A DNA stretch of 64,000 nucleotides from NCBI RefSeq assembly GCF_009914755.1, contig NC_060927.1. One strand, given 5' to 3'. The position numbers and the translations under genes were made by a program. This document shows positions 26,265 through 40,342 of the stretch, piece after piece (the first letter of the stretch is position 1; the number at the start of each line of letters is the position of its first letter). The stretch is from the human T2T-CHM13v2.0 reference genome, Homo sapiens. Under the pieces are notes generated by a model. That model was not told where the DNA came from. It searched no databases and saw only the letters and a list, made by a program, of their open reading frames with translations.

Positions 26265-26999
26265 CAAGCCTAATCAATTCTAACCTGTGCAATTAAACAA
26301 AGATTAGGGTATTGGTAAGAATACATTTCCCTACAATTTTTTTTTAATTGAGAACTTCTCAAAATATAATGCCTTAATCCAAAGCAATAAATTTCAATTA
26401 CTCTGAAAGGCCAAAAAAATAAGATTATTTGAGGAGAGAAACAACTTTACCTAATTATACAGTTTATAATGTACAATGAAATAAAATTCCCTTGAATTTA
26501 AGTTTATTATTACTCATTTGTAATTATCCTCATGTAGATAAGATGTAGGCTTCTCCACCCAAGTCATCTAACTGCTACATGCTTCTATGTTACTCACTGC
26601 CTAGTGAAGTTGAACTGTAATTTAAATAAAAAATATATATATTTTTAAAATGTTCTATATTAATTTTAGAAACCACATTGGGATTTTGCTTGGACTTTTG
26701 TAGAATTGACTGATAAATTTTGGAATAATTACAGTCATAGTTATACGGAGTCATTCTTTATCCATAAAAAGGGTATATGTCTTTGATGATGTAAGTCTTT
26801 TTTAATTCCTCTTAGCAGTATTTTATAATTTCAGTAAGTATAGGTCTTGTCCATGCTTTGCTCAAAATATGTGTGAGTTTACATACTTTTAAAAATGTTT
26901 AAACTTTTTATTGTAAAATAACTTTAGTCTCATAAAAGTTGCAAAATTATACATAAAATTTTCTTATGTTCTTCATGCAACTTCCTGTAATGACATATG

Positions 27000-27760
27000 G
27001 TTTGTAGGGTAGAGTACTGGCAAGGAGAACGTTGCATAGAGAAAACTAACAGAGTTCTACAGAGGATCCCCCCGAGAATTTAGTGGATTAAAGTCGGTGC
27101 ATGTGTATGTGCATTTAAGGATGTGGAAAGAATCACTCAAAAGGATTTTAAAAATCTCTGAAGTGTAGAAAGGACTAGGATTATTGCCTCTTCTTACTAG
27201 GCAGGACAAAAATCCTGATCACTCACAGGAGATGAGTTAGAGAAGGCAAGATAATTTTTGCCTCAGGAAAGAAATAATTAACCTAGACCAAAGCCTGCTC
27301 TAATGCCACATAACAAAAAAGACCACATAACAAAAAAGATCACGTAAAAAGACCCTGAAAGATCAAACTTTTTCAAAATAAATTTGAATGACTTAGAACA
27401 AAAACCCATTAACATTTATAAAAATATGAAAACATCCAGCATCTAAAATATATATTTGACTATTGTTAGAATCCAAGAAAAATTACCAACCATGAAAAGA
27501 AATATGAAAATGCTTCCCATTATGAGGAGGAAGATAAATCAAAAGTGACCACAAACTGACACAAATGAAAGAATTGGGAGCCGCAGACACAAAAGAGTTC
27601 TTATAACTGTATTTCCTGTGTTCAAAAAGGAAGAGAAAAACTGGAATATCTTCAGTAAAGACATGGAAGATATAAAATATCTGAATCAACCTTTTAGAGA
27701 TGATAACTGCAATGTGTATGATTAAAAATACATTGAATGAGTTGAAAGGCATGTTTAGTA
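27000..27760 (+). mobile_element. Old L1M 5'UTR and ORF1 start
   Basis: aaattaccaaccatgaaaagaaatatgaaaatg...gtaaagacatggaagatataaaa...aaaaatacattgaatgag. Confidence 0.6.
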
Positions 27761-27844
27761 AAGGATGGAAGCATACTTGGTTGGATATAAATTCTTTGGT
27801 TCTCACATTCTTTCATTAATTTTTTTTTTAAATTCTGCTGCAAA

Positions 27845-29011
27845 ACTTCTGCTTTGGGGAAGATGGAGTAGATACATTTTTCTTATTATTTCTGCTAATC
27901 ATAATGGGAAATGCTGGATATTGTATATAAAACAAACATATGAAGACTTTGAAGGGTAAAAAGGAACAGGGAGAATGACTAGTGACCTTGCAGTTTTAGG
28001 AATGACATGTTGATGAGGTGTTTGTTCAGTTTAGTTTTGTTTTTTTGCCTCATATATCTCAAAAGTTGGCAACCCAGAACTTCCGATGTTTGCAGAAAGT
28101 AAAAGTACCCTTTTTTTGTGCCCTGCCAAAAGCCTGCTTACTTTAGCCAAAGTACCAGGAAAGTGACAGTCTAGCAAGACAGAACAGTTTTAGACAATAA
28201 CTACTCTCCTCTAACCAAATACCTCAGAAAAATATGTGGCACTACCCTACCAGCAAAGACCAAGTAAGAAGCCTAACCACAGGCCCTCACGTGGCTACAA
28301 GATACTACATCCCAATCCTTCCAATGAGGTGGTGGCAAAGAAGGCCAGTAGGGATCCAGGACTTTCATCCTGGCTAAGCAGTAAAGAGTCCCATCCCACT
28401 CCAGGTGTCGGTAAAGACCGCAGGAAAGCCAGGAATTTCACCCCACATTCCAGTAATGGAGCACCCACCCCATCCCCACGGGGGAGATGTAGGAGGAAGC
28501 CTGGCAGAGAGTCAACCCTTTCTTCACTGCCTAGCACTAAGGAGGCTGCTCCCCACCCTGTAGTGTCAGTGGAGGCCATGGAGGGAGCCTAATGGGGCAC
28601 TCCTACACCTGCCAGCCATAGAGGTATCAGTGAAGACCTAGTGGTTAATCTAAAATCCCACCTGCATTTAGCAGTAACGAGGAGCCCCCTCCCTTTTGGT
28701 AGTCAAAAAACACAGAGTAGTGACCTGGATTTTTCTACCACCACCTGGCGGTCACAAGGCAGTGTGACCTTTCCTTCCCCTGCTGGATCAGTATAAAAAA
28801 GGACCAGTGAAAACAGAAGGTTTGGAGAAAGATTGAGATATCATAACATTATACTCCAAATATCCAGGTTTCAATTGAAATTTACTCATCATACTGAAGA
28901 AAAAAGTGATCTCACTCTAGGAAAAAAGACAGCCAACAGATGTTATTCTAGATGACAGAAATGACAGAATTACCAAGCAAAGATTTAAAAACAGGCGTAA
29001 TATAAATAATT
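27845..29011 (+). mobile_element. L1MD-type (L1MDa-like) 5'UTR up to the start of ORF1
   Basis: Starts acttctgctttggggaagatggagtagatac; internal repeats such as gtgtcagtggaggccatggagggagcc and cagtaacgagg. Confidence 0.7.
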
Positions 29012-32000
29012 AGGAAGTAAGCAAGGCAGACGGCTTGGCCAGGAGCAGCTAGAAGCTGGGAGAGAATCCTCAGGGTGGGGAAAGGATAAGTGGGAGATCC
29101 TTAGCGCTCCACATTCCCACTACAGACTCTTGCAACCCTAACCACAGGAGGGCCCATTGACCCTCACAGTCCCTGATACCAAGATAGGAAGCTGCCTGGA
29201 GACTGTGCAATGGCATTGCTCCTTAGAGGGAGCTCACGCTGGGTACCACACACACCCCAAGTCCCAAGCAGCTGAAAGCATGGCACCATTTTGAGAGCCC
29301 AGCCCCACCAGACTACATCCTGCCCTGGGGCTCAACAGCCCCTGCAATTCCATATTTCATATCCCCGGCTCTACATTAATATCCCCCTGCCTTTACTCAG
29401 AGGGTTTCAGTGGTGCCATGCCAGTTGGACCCGGCAGAGAGACAGAATCTCTGGCACTCTAGCACACACAGTATTCTGCACCCAAGGGATTAGGTTGTGC
29501 AGTACACTGGGGAGGTTGCACCCTGGACTGAGGGAGCCAAAGCATGCTTTCAGGGCCTGAAATTGGGCTGATTTGGACTGCTGCCACTGGCAGCAATCCC
29601 ACCCCCATCCTAACCCACCCCCGGTAGCACTGCTGCACCACACTGGCATGAGCCTTGAGCACAGGCTCTCCCTACCTGCGGCCACAGTTGCAGCCACCAG
29701 TGGGGGCCAAAACATGTGCCGCTGTCGGTGACCCCTCCCCGCCAGTAGCAGACTTGCACAAACCTTAAGCACAGGCTCTCCCCACCCATAGCCATAGCAG
29801 CTGCTGCTGCTGCTGCCAGGGACCAAAACAGGTGTTACTGGCAGTGACCCCAAGCTTCCCAGCAGCAGGGCCACCACATACCTGCACACACCATGAGAAC
29901 TGGCTCTCTCAACTGCTGCCACTGGGAGCCAAAGCCCATGTTCCCCAAAGCCTAAGAGATGCCTGCCTATGACAGCTGCCACAGAAAGCAACCTTGCTCC
30001 CACCAGCAGCAGGGCTGCAGCACACTTGCACGTGTGTTGAGGATGGGCTCCTGCTGATCCTCATGAATGCTGCTGCTGTTACCTAAGCACTCTGCTGGGG
30101 CACTGGAGATCACTCTGCCTAGTCCACTATAGCCTGTGCCAATGCACAAAATTGAGGGGCCTAAGAACAGGCCTACCCAACCTGTCACTGCCCCTCCAGT
30201 GCCCAAATATGCCAATGGAGAGCTGGGGATTGTCCCACCTTGTCCACTGCTGCTAGTATCTGTGCATTCCTACTGAGAGCCTGAGGACAAGCCCATCAAA
30301 CCTACTGCTACCATCACAGCTGGTACCTATCCACAAGCACAACCCAGGGTTCCCTGGATTGGCCTGCCCAGTTCACTTCAGCTACCACTAACACAAGTTC
30401 ATGCCCACTTTAGGGATTATCCTCCCCTTGTCCTGCATAATGGTTGTCCTCCCACTGCAGTGGTCATTCTTCACACCACACATGCCTTCCAGGAACACAA
30501 TGATTCTCTCACCTGCCTGACCCTCTGCTGACACTGCTGGTACCTGAGCAAGGTGCCTGAAGGTCTCAGAATCAGCCCCCTTGGACATGTTAACAGCGAT
30601 GATCACATATGCCACTGACTGGCCAAAGAACAGGCAGGTGTGGTCCACCACTGCCACCACTGGGGCCTGAAGACTGCCCCACCATCTACATACACAGCCT
30701 TGCACTAATAATCACAGCCCAAACCAAAAATAAATCACAAAACAATCGTGTTTATAGCCAAAAAAAATGTATACAGAGACTATACTACAGCACATACCCA
30801 GAATAAAAGCCAAAATGCCCTACCTAACCAAATCCAACCAAATTTAGGAAAAAGCCCTCCCCTACAAAAGCTAATCCAAAAAAATTGGAAGGAGCAACTA
30901 TCACACCAGATGTTCAGATATCAAAGTAAAAACACAAGAAACATTAAAAAGTTTGAAAAAAAGAACCTGTAAAGTAACACAATAATTATCCAGGAATAGA
31001 TTTCAAATAAAAATAAACTTATAAAATATAGAAAAAATACAGAAAAAAATTTTAAATATAGAAAAAATTCAAAATAACAATATTAAGGAAAATGCAATAC
31101 AAAAGAACATAAATAAACAATACACATAAATCAGAAAAAATCAGGATATAAGTGAGAAATTCACCATATATCTATCTATCTATCTATCTATATATATATA
31201 TGACATAAATTCTGGAAGAATACAATGTGTATAATGATACATTGAAAGCCTCAACAATAGATGACCAAATGGAAGAGATAATTTTATAACCTGAAGGCAA
31301 GTTTTTGGAAATACCCTAGTCAGACGAAAGTAAAAGAGAATAAACAAAGCATATGTGACACATAAGATACTATAAAATGACCAAATATTTGAATATGGGG
31401 GGGGGGGTTCCAGAAAATGTAGAGAAGGCCAAAGTTATAGAAAATGATTTAGATAATTTAACAAATTATTTAACAAAATAATAGCTTTAAAATGATCAAT
31501 TCTAACAAAATATTTAGATATCAAAATACAAGAAACTCAAAAATTTCCAAGTAGATATAATCAAAAGTTATTCTCCCAGCCCATTATAGTTAAACTGTCA
31601 GAAGTAAAAAACAAACAGATAATCCTAAAAATAGCAAGAGAGACAGCTATCCAGTCACGTGCAAGAGAATCTCCCGTCAGACTTATGGCAAGATTCTCAG
31701 CAGATAATTTACAAAGTAGGAAAGAATGGGATGATATATTTGAAGTGCTGAAAGAAAAAAAACCATTAGTAAATATTACTATACCCAGCAAAGTTATTCT
31801 TCCTAAGTGAAGGAGAAATAAAGTTTTGTCCAGAGAAGGAAAACTGAGGGAATTCATTACTGCTAGACTAACCCTATAAGAAATGCTTAAAGGAGTCCTA
31901 CATCTGGAAGTGAAAGGATGATATCTACCATCATGAAAACACACAAAAGTATAAAAGTCACAAGCAGAACAAACAGACAAATAAGAAAGAGAAAGGATCC

Positions 32001-34224
32001 AAATGCTTCCATGAAAGAACCATCGAACTGCAATAATAAACAGTAAGAGAGAAAGAAAGGAACAAAGATTACACAAAACAACCAGAAAACAATTAGCAAA
32101 ATGATGGAAATAAACCCTCATACATATTACCTTGAATGAAAATGGTTTTAAATTTCCACTTAATACATATAAACTGGCTGAATGGATTTTTTAAAACATG
32201 ACCCAACTACATGCTGCCTACAAGGAACTAACCTCAGCTGTAAAGACATATAAAACTAAAAAGTGAAGGGATTCAAAAATGTATTCCATGTAAATGGAAA
32301 TAAAAAATAAGCAGGAGTAGCTATACTTGTAGCAGATAAAGCAGGCTTCAAGTAAAAAATAAAAACTGTAAAAAGAGTCAAATATGGTCATTATAAAATG
32401 AAAAGAAGGATCTGTTCAACAAGAGGCTATAATAATCCTAAATATGCACTTAACACTGGAGCATACAGATACATAAATCAAATATTATTAGATCTAAAGA
32501 GAGTCCAATACAATAATAATTGGTGACCTCAACATCTCACTCTAAACATTAGATAGATCATTGAGACAAAAAATTAACAACAAAAAATAGGATTTAAACT
32601 GCACTTTAGTTCAAATGGACCTAACAGAGATCTACAGAATATTTTATCTAACAGCTGCAATATACACATTCTTCTCATCGGCACACAGAACATTCTCCAG
32701 GATATATCATTTGTTAGAACACAACACAAGTCTCAACAAATGTTTAAAAACTGAAATCATATGAAGTACCTCCTCAGAACACAATATAGTAAAATTAAGC
32801 ATCAAGTAATGAGTAGAACATTGGAAAATGTACAAATACATGGAAATTAAACAACATGTTCCTGAATGAACTTTGTTCAATGAAGAAATCAAGAAGAAAA
32901 TAAAGTTTAGAATAAATGAAAATTGATACATAACATACTCAAACCTGTAATATACAGCAAAATCATTGTTAAGAGAAAATTTTGCAGCAATAAATGTGTA
33001 CATTAAAAGAAAAACAGAATTATTTCAAATTTTAAAAATGTGATGATGTACCTCAAGAAACTAGAAAAACATAAACAGACCAAACCCAAAATTAGTAGAA
33101 GAAAATAACTAATAAAGATCAGAATGGAACTAAAATAATAGAGACTAAAAAAAAACACAATGATCAACAACATGAAATGCTAGTTTTTAAAAAAAGATAA
33201 ACAAAATCAGTTAGTAACTAGCTAGACTAATCAGAAAAAGAGAAGACCCAAATAAACAAAATCAGAAACAAAAAAAAGGAGACCTTGCAACTGACACCAC
33301 AGAAATACAAATGATCATCAGAGAGATAATGAATAATTATATACCAATAAACTGTAAACCTTAGAGGAAATGGATAAATTCCTGGACACATACAACCTAT
33401 CAAGACTGAATCAGGAAGAAATACAAAAACCTGAATGGACCAGTAATGAGCAGTGAGATGGAATCGCTAATAAAAAGCCTCCCAACAAGGAAAAGCTCAT
33501 GGCCAGATGTCTTCACTGCTGAATTCTACAAAACTTGTAAAGAACTAACACTAATTCTCTCCAAATTATTTCAACAAGTTGGAAAGGAGAGAATTCTCCC
33601 TAACTCATTCTGTAGGTCCAGTATTTTGTCGATATAAAAACCAGCAAGGACACAACAACAACAACAGAACCACAGGTCAACATCCCTGATGAACATTGAT
33701 GAAAAAACTCAACAAAATAGTAGCAAATCAAATCTAAGAACAACACATCAAAAAGATAATACACCATGATCAAGTAAGATTTGTTCCAGGGATGATAGGA
33801 TGCTTCAACATATACAAATAAATAAATGTTTTATGTCACATCAACAGATGAAGGACCAAAAACAGACACATGAAAAGCATTTGATAAACTTGAACATTAC
33901 TTTATGACAAAAAACTCTTGACAAAATAGGCATAGAAGGAGCCTGACTCACCACAATAAAGGCCAAACACTGAATGCAGAAAAACAAAGTCTTTTTTCTA
34001 AAAACTAGAACAAGATAAGGATGCCCACTTTTACCATTCATATTCAACATAGTACTATAGGTACTAGCCAGAAAACATCAGACAAGAGAAAGAGGTAAAG
34101 GGCATCTAAATTGGAAAAAAGAAAGTCAAATTGTTCCTCTTTGCAGATGGTGAGCTCTTATATTTAGAAAAATCTAAAGACTCCACCAAAAAAACTCTCA
34201 GATCTGATGAATTCAGTAAGGTGG

Positions 34225-35140
34225 TGATAGGGACACTGGGCAGAGAAATTCTAGCCAGCAAAGGGCAGGTCCCCACTGAAACCCCACCCTCAAGCTGAAA
34301 AACCTGAAATTGCTGCCCAAAGTGAGAACTTACATCCCTGTTTACTCACTCAAATGTTGCTTTTTTCTAAACCACCCAGGGCTCTGCCCTGCTCCATCCC
34401 GTGCCTATAAAAACCCCAGACTCGGCCAGTAGATGGGACTACAGCAGAATGTCAAAGTGGCTTGACTTCAAAAGGACAGTGTGATGGTGTAACTTTAAAG
34501 AAGAATTGGCTGGAGATGGCTAGAACTCAGGGAAAGATTACCTACCTGCCCCATCCCTTTCCCCTTCCCTCTGAGAGTGACTTTCGTCAGCAATAAAATC
34601 CTCCTCATTTACCATCCTTCAATTCGTTCGTGCAACCTCATTTTAGCTGGATTCTGGGCAAGAGCTTGGGAGCCACGAGTGCAGATACAAAAGGCTGTCA
34701 CACTGGCCCTTTGCTCTGGCTGGAGGAGAGCAGCTGCTTCACACAAAAAGGCAAAGGGCCCACTGAGCTGTTAACACTTAAGCCATCCATGGATGGCAGA
34801 GCTAAAAGAACATTGTAACACAACCTTTGGGGCTTCGGGGGTCACAGGCACCCCTGCCTGGATGCTGCTGCAGGGCCAACATGGAGTTTGCTCCTGCCAG
34901 TGCCCAGAAGTGGCCAGCTGGATGCCATACTTGCTTGCCTACTTTCCCCTTCCACAAGGAATTGAATGTGGTGAGCCAAGTAAATGGAGCTTGCTCCTTC
35001 CTGCGCCCAAAAGCATTCACTTCAGTTTCGGCATTTGCTTGCATGCTCCCTCCCATGGGGGGTAGACAGGCGTAGGCTGAGTAAATGAGGCACCCCCTAT
35101 TGAAAGTCTCATGAAGGAGTCAAGAAAATATCCTGCTTTA
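34225..35140 (+). mobile_element. LTR1-family solo LTR (LTR1D-like, ERV1)
   Basis: Starts tgatagggac...gagaaattctag; cctataaaaacccc TATA; aataaa; 4-bp TSD gtgg at 34221-34224 and 35141-35144 splitting L1 ORF2. Confidence 0.82.
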
Positions 35141-35417
35141 GTGGCAGGATACAAAATCAAAACACATTTCAGTAGCATTTCTATACACCAATAATGAAAT
35201 TGCTAAAAAAGAATTCAAGAAGGCATTCTCATTTACAATAGCTACACAAATAAAATAAAATAAAATATCTTGAATAAATGTAACCAAGGAGATAAAAGAT
35301 CTCTACAAGGAAAACTATGATCTGCTGATGAAAGAAATTGAAGAAGATGCAAACAAATGGAAAGGCATTCCATGATCCTGGATGGGAAGAATTAATACTG
35401 TTAAAATGGCCATACTT

Positions 35418-35782
<365 letters not shown>

Positions 35783-37136
35783 CTAATGACATTTTTCACA
35801 GAAAATGCCACAGACATTTTCACAGAACAGAGAATAATTCTAAAATTTGTATGAAACCGCAAATGACCTGGAATAGTCAAAGCAATCCTGAGGGGCAGCG
35901 CACTACCTGATTTCAAAATATGGTACAAGGAAATTTTAGCCAAAACAGCACAGTGCTGGTGCAAGAACAGAGACATAGGCCAATGGAACAAAATAGAGAC
36001 ACGAGAAATTAATCCAGTTATTTAGAGCCAACTGATTTTCAACAAAGGCACTAAAGACATGCACTGGGGAAAGAACATTTTCAATAAATGATCCTGGGAA
36101 AGCTGCAAATCCATAAGTAGAAGAATAAAACTAGATCCCTATCTCTTCCTGTATACAAAAATCAGCTCAAAATGGATTAAAGACCTAAATATGAGATCAG
36201 ATATGATAAAACTACTAGAAGAAAACAGGGGAAACACCACAGGATATTGGCCTAGGAAAAGATTTTATGGCTAAGACCTCAAAAGCACAGGCAACAAAAA
36301 CAAATATAGACAAATGAAACTATATTAACCTAAGAATCTTCTGCACAGCAAAGGAAACAATAGAATAAAGAGACAACCTGTTGGATAAGAGAAAGTATTT
36401 GCAAACTATTCATTCAACAAATAACTTATCTATATAATACATGAGGAATTCAAACCACTCAACAGTAAAACAAAAACAAATAATCTCATTTAAAAGCAGA
36501 CATGGGCAAAGGACATGGTTAGACATTTCTCAAAAGAAGACATAAAAATGGCCAACAGGTATATGAAAAGAAAAATACACAACATTGCTATTCATTAGGA
36601 AAATGAAAATCAAAACCGCAATGAGATATCATCTTACCTCAGTTAAAATGGCTATTATTAACAAGACAGAAAATTGGAAATGCTGAAGAAGATCTGAAAA
36701 AAGGCCATGCTTATTCACTGTTTGTGGAAATGTAAATTTGCACAGCCATTATGGAAAACAGTATGGGGATTTCTCAAAATACCTAAAATAGAACCATCAT
36801 ATGACCCAGCAATCCCACTACTAGGTATTAATCCACAGGAAAAGAAATCAGTTTATCGAAGACATACCTACATTCCTGTGTTGATCACAGCGCTATTCAC
36901 AATAGCAAAGATATAAAATCAAGCTAAGTGTTTGCCAATGGAACAGTTTTAACTATAAGAAAGAAAGAAATCTTGTAATTTGAAGCAACATGAATGGAAC
37001 TGGAGATCATTATGTTAGGTGAAATAATCCAGGAACATAAAGACAAGTATTGTATGTTCTCATTCATATATGGGAGCTAAAATATTGATCTTATGGAGGT
37101 AGTGAGTCGAATGATAGTTTCCAGAAGTTGGGAAAA

Positions 37137-37137
<1 letters not shown>

Positions 37138-37181
<44 letters not shown>
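37138..37181. repeat. (TG)n microsatellite, ~22 units
   Basis: Seen directly, inside the L1 3'UTR. Confidence 0.97.
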
Positions 37182-37182
<1 letters not shown>

Positions 37183-37707
37183 TGGGCCAGGGTGGGTGGG
37201 GGTGTGGGGAAGAAGAGAGTTTAGTTAATGGTTCCAAACATACAATTAGAAGAAAGGAATAAGTTCAAATGTACAATGGCAAAGTAGGATGACTATAGTA
37301 AATAATGTATTGTATATTTCAAAATAGCTACAAGAGAGAACTTGAAATGTTCTCAATACATGGTAATGATAAATACTTGAGGTGATGGATATTCTAAAGA
37401 CCTAAGTTAGTCGTTACGCATTCTATGAATGTAACAAAATATCACATGTACCCCATTAAAATGTACAAATATTATATATCATACAATTTTTTAACTAATA
37501 AACAATTGTGGTATTTTTATATAATATATTCAAGTCAGCAACCAAAAGAAATAAATGAAAGCAGATAAAGTTCATACTACATGGTCCCTTTATATATAAT
37601 TCTATAAAATGCAAATATAATTGACAAAGAGCAGATGAATGGTTGCTTGCTGAGGATAGGAGAAGAGCTCAAAGGAGAAATGCAAAGGCATGGGACAATA
37701 CTCCAGG

Positions 37708-38129
37708 TGCTGTACCTGAGCGAGTTAGAGAAAACGCCACACTTTGAGACGAATTAAGAGTACTTTATTAGCCGGCGACCGAGAGACGGCTAACGCTCAA
37801 AATTCTCTCGGCCATGAGGAAGGGGCTTGGTTAACTTTTATACCTTGGTTTAGGATGGGGAGGCGGGAGGGTCTAGTTAAAACAATTTTACAGAAGTTAA
37901 GTAGTCAAAAAAGTTAAAAGGATAAATGGTTACAGGAAAGTAAACAGTTCCAGGTGCAGGGGCTTTAAGACTATTACAAGGTGATAGACGCGGGGCTTTG
38001 GGCATTATCAATCAGACGAATTCCTGGAGACTGTGGATATAGCTTGCCAAGATGGAGTTTGTCTGGTTCTCTTAGCTAAGGGAGAAACAAAGCCAGGTGA
38101 ATAAGGAAAAAACAAGGTTGGGCATTACA
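37708..38129 (-). mobile_element. LTR6B-like solo LTR (HERV-S71, ERV1) with an internal deletion
   Basis: Minus strand starts TGTAATGCCCAACCTTG and ends GTGTGGCGTTTTCTCTAACTCGCTCAGGTACAGCA; TATAAAA and AATAAA present. Confidence 0.88.
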
Positions 38130-38211
38130 AGGGCAGTTATGAATATGTTCATTATCTTGACTATTTCAATGGATTTAGGAGTGTCTACATATGTCAAAAG
38201 TTATCAAATTG

Positions 38212-38350
38212 AGCTGGGCACTGTGGCACACACCTATAGTTCTAGCTAGTTAGGAGTCTGAGGTGGGATGATATCTCAAACCCCAGAATTCAAAGCCAGC
38301 CTGAGCAATGTAACAAGACCCCATTTCAAAAATAAATAAATAAAATAAAG
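38212..38350 (+). mobile_element. FLAM_A-like Alu monomer
   Basis: Single monomer with (TAAA)n tail; TSD aagttatcaaattg (38198-38211) / aagttatccaattg (38351-38364). Confidence 0.85.
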
Positions 38351-38429
38351 AAGTTATCCAATTGTACACTTTAAATATTTGCATTTTACATCAAATATCT
38401 CCATAAAGCTGTTAAAAAGTAGCTTAAAC

Positions 38430-39000
38430 AACTCTGCTCCATTGTTGCCTTGCTTTTGGTGTTGATTTTGAAAATTCTAATGCCAATATTCTTTGGCATT
38501 TGTAATTTATTTTTCTGAAGGTCTTGATAATTTTGCCTTTGTCTTTGAACTGTAACAGTTCTACTAGGATATGTTTCAGGGATAATTATTCTGGTCTAAT
38601 TTTCCCTGGTTCCTTGAAAACCTTTTCAATGTCTTTATGTACTTCTGGCTTGGATCAGAGTTCAAAATATGGTCTCTGGTCCATTGTTTTGTTTTTCTTC
38701 TTCAGAGACTCCAGTAATACGAAAATTGTTGCTTCTTTGCCTGTCTTCCATGTCCAATATTTTAAAACTATTTTTATTTTTCTTTGTCATTTTCTTTATT
38801 TTTTTAAGTTAATTTTTAAAATTTGAGCCTATTTTCATCCTCCCTGAATGTTAATCACTTTTCTTATCTCAGATCCATGCAAGGCTGGACTTAAATGCTT
38901 CTGGGCAGAAATCCGGAACAATAAGGAGGCTCATATTGTCAACTTTTCTACTCTCATCGTTCCTGTTACACAATGTCTGAAAGAAAACATTTCAAACATT
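38430..39000 (-). mobile_element. HAL1 / L1ME ORF1-like remnant, continuing the fragment at 27775-27842
   Basis: ctgctccattgttgccttgc...gaaaattctaatgccaat...ctactaggatatgtttcagg. Confidence 0.5.
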
Positions 39001-39516
39001 ACATCAAGTTCTTCATTTGTTTCTTCTGTGAGTACAATTACAGTATATCAATAAGACAATGAAAATAGACTTTTACTGATAAATTTCCCAAAGCGTGGCT
39101 GAATATAACTTCTCTGATGTATTTTCCAGTGATTATACTACTTTGGATTTTGCTTCCTTTTTAAGGATTCATTTACTTGATAATGAATCCCTAATCTAAT
39201 TACATTTATTTATTTATAAATGTTATATGTTTTAATATTTGAATGCATTGCCTAGATTGCAGAACATATGTTAAATTAAAAACAAAAAAGGATTTGATGA
39301 AAATAAAATGTCTTCTTTTGGTTAAGTCACCTCTTAAGTTCCCTCTTAAGGTGCAGGAAGCTAGAAAGAGTATCATTTCCACCATGACGATGACAACAAA
39401 GATCAGTAAAATTTGTCAAATAATAACTTTTTCTGTACCAATCAGAGAGCTGAGGTTTGCAGGGCAACCCAACTGGCCTAAAATCCAAGGAAAGACTGGA
39501 TCTTCTAAAAAGACAT

Positions 39517-40075
39517 TGTCAAACCAAAAAATTGCAGCAGACAATGTTAAAAAGGGAAGGAAGACTATAATTGAGGCTATTACAACAGAAGAGAATCAAA
39601 GTCTAAGCCCAAACTCAACTGCACTGAAATAGAGGGCAGGAGGGTTTCTAAGTGCTGGAATAAGCAAGTAGAAAAGTCATAGGCTATCATGTTTGCTAAT
39701 TGATTTCATCTGAAGGAAACACTAACTTCTCAAATCCTTATAACAGAAGGTAGTTTGCAACTTGAAATAATGGCATCCACTGAAGTTACTCCCCACCCTC
39801 CCACCCCGGCTGGGAGTTAGGAGTGCTACTATCTTCCTTGATGATTATTATTCAAAGGGAGGGCTCCCAGGTCCTTGAGAAATAATATTCCTGGGTTATA
39901 AAACTGGCAATATGCTTTTAAAAAGTGTTACACTTCAAAGAGACAGAGAAAGAATTTACAATTACAAGTAATTTGGAGTAAACGTCCTAAGAAAAGAGAG
40001 GTCAGAGGCCCAGTCAAGAAGAAAGCAATCTAAGGTTTTGTCAAGCTGAAGAGAATAGTAAGGCCACCTTGGTCA
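39517..40075 (-). mobile_element. MER67-family LTR (ERV1) inside an old L1M 5' fragment (~39340-40250)
   Basis: Minus strand starts TGACCAAGGTGGCCTTACTATTCTCTTCAGCTTGACAAAACCTTAGA; TG..CA termini. Confidence 0.75.
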
Positions 40076-40251
40076 GATGGGATGTAAACACTGGCTTACC
40101 TAGGGCAGACCCAGAGTATCATAAAAGCTGGGAAGAATCAGGTAAAATGTTCAGTAAATTGCTGAAAGCCAAGCACAACCTAGAATGAGACTATGGAACC
40201 CCTATGAGTTGAAGATATGGAGGGAATTGTCATCCACCTGCAGGCTCTTCT

Positions 40252-40342
40252 CTTCCACCTGGTCCCACCCTTGACACATGGGGATTATTGGGATCACAAT
40301 TCAAGGTAGATTTGGGTGGGGACACAGAGCCAAACCACATCA
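40252..40342 (-). mobile_element. THE1/MST LTR 5' fragment
   Basis: acacatggggattattgggatcacaattcaag...gggtggggacacagagccaaaccacatca. Confidence 0.85.

Larger units (their letters stand above)
22820..26890 (-). mobile_element. Old L1M (MC/MD/ME-type) host element, interrupted by AluJb and by the L1MA10-like insertion; resumes at ~26678
   Basis: 3' end caactttattgcagtataatttgcatgcaat; antisense ORF2 motifs continue across the insertions (tcaatttttataaaa... then ttgggattttgcttgg). Confidence 0.7.
37498..38420 (+). mobile_element. L1MD/MC-type 3' end, interrupted by LTR6B and FLAM
   Basis: ataattctataaaatgcaaa...agcagatgaatggttgc...atatgttcattatcttga...acatatgtcaaaagttatcaaattgtacactttaaatat...ataaagctgttaaaa. 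Confidence 0.7.

Noticed and set aside
25845-26292. 140, 138 and 75 aa ORFs rich in F/S/L/P or K/E/R
   Set aside because: Translations of the polypurine low-complexity tract
27306-27339. 17-bp tandem duplication ccacataacaaaaaaga (similar small duplications at ~35788, ~48707 and ~55081)
   Set aside because: Ordinary slippage duplications inside repeats
28236-32121. 198 aa, 186 aa, 118 aa and nearby ORFs
   Set aside because: Chance or antisense frames in L1 5'UTR and ORF1 sequence; no recognisable protein
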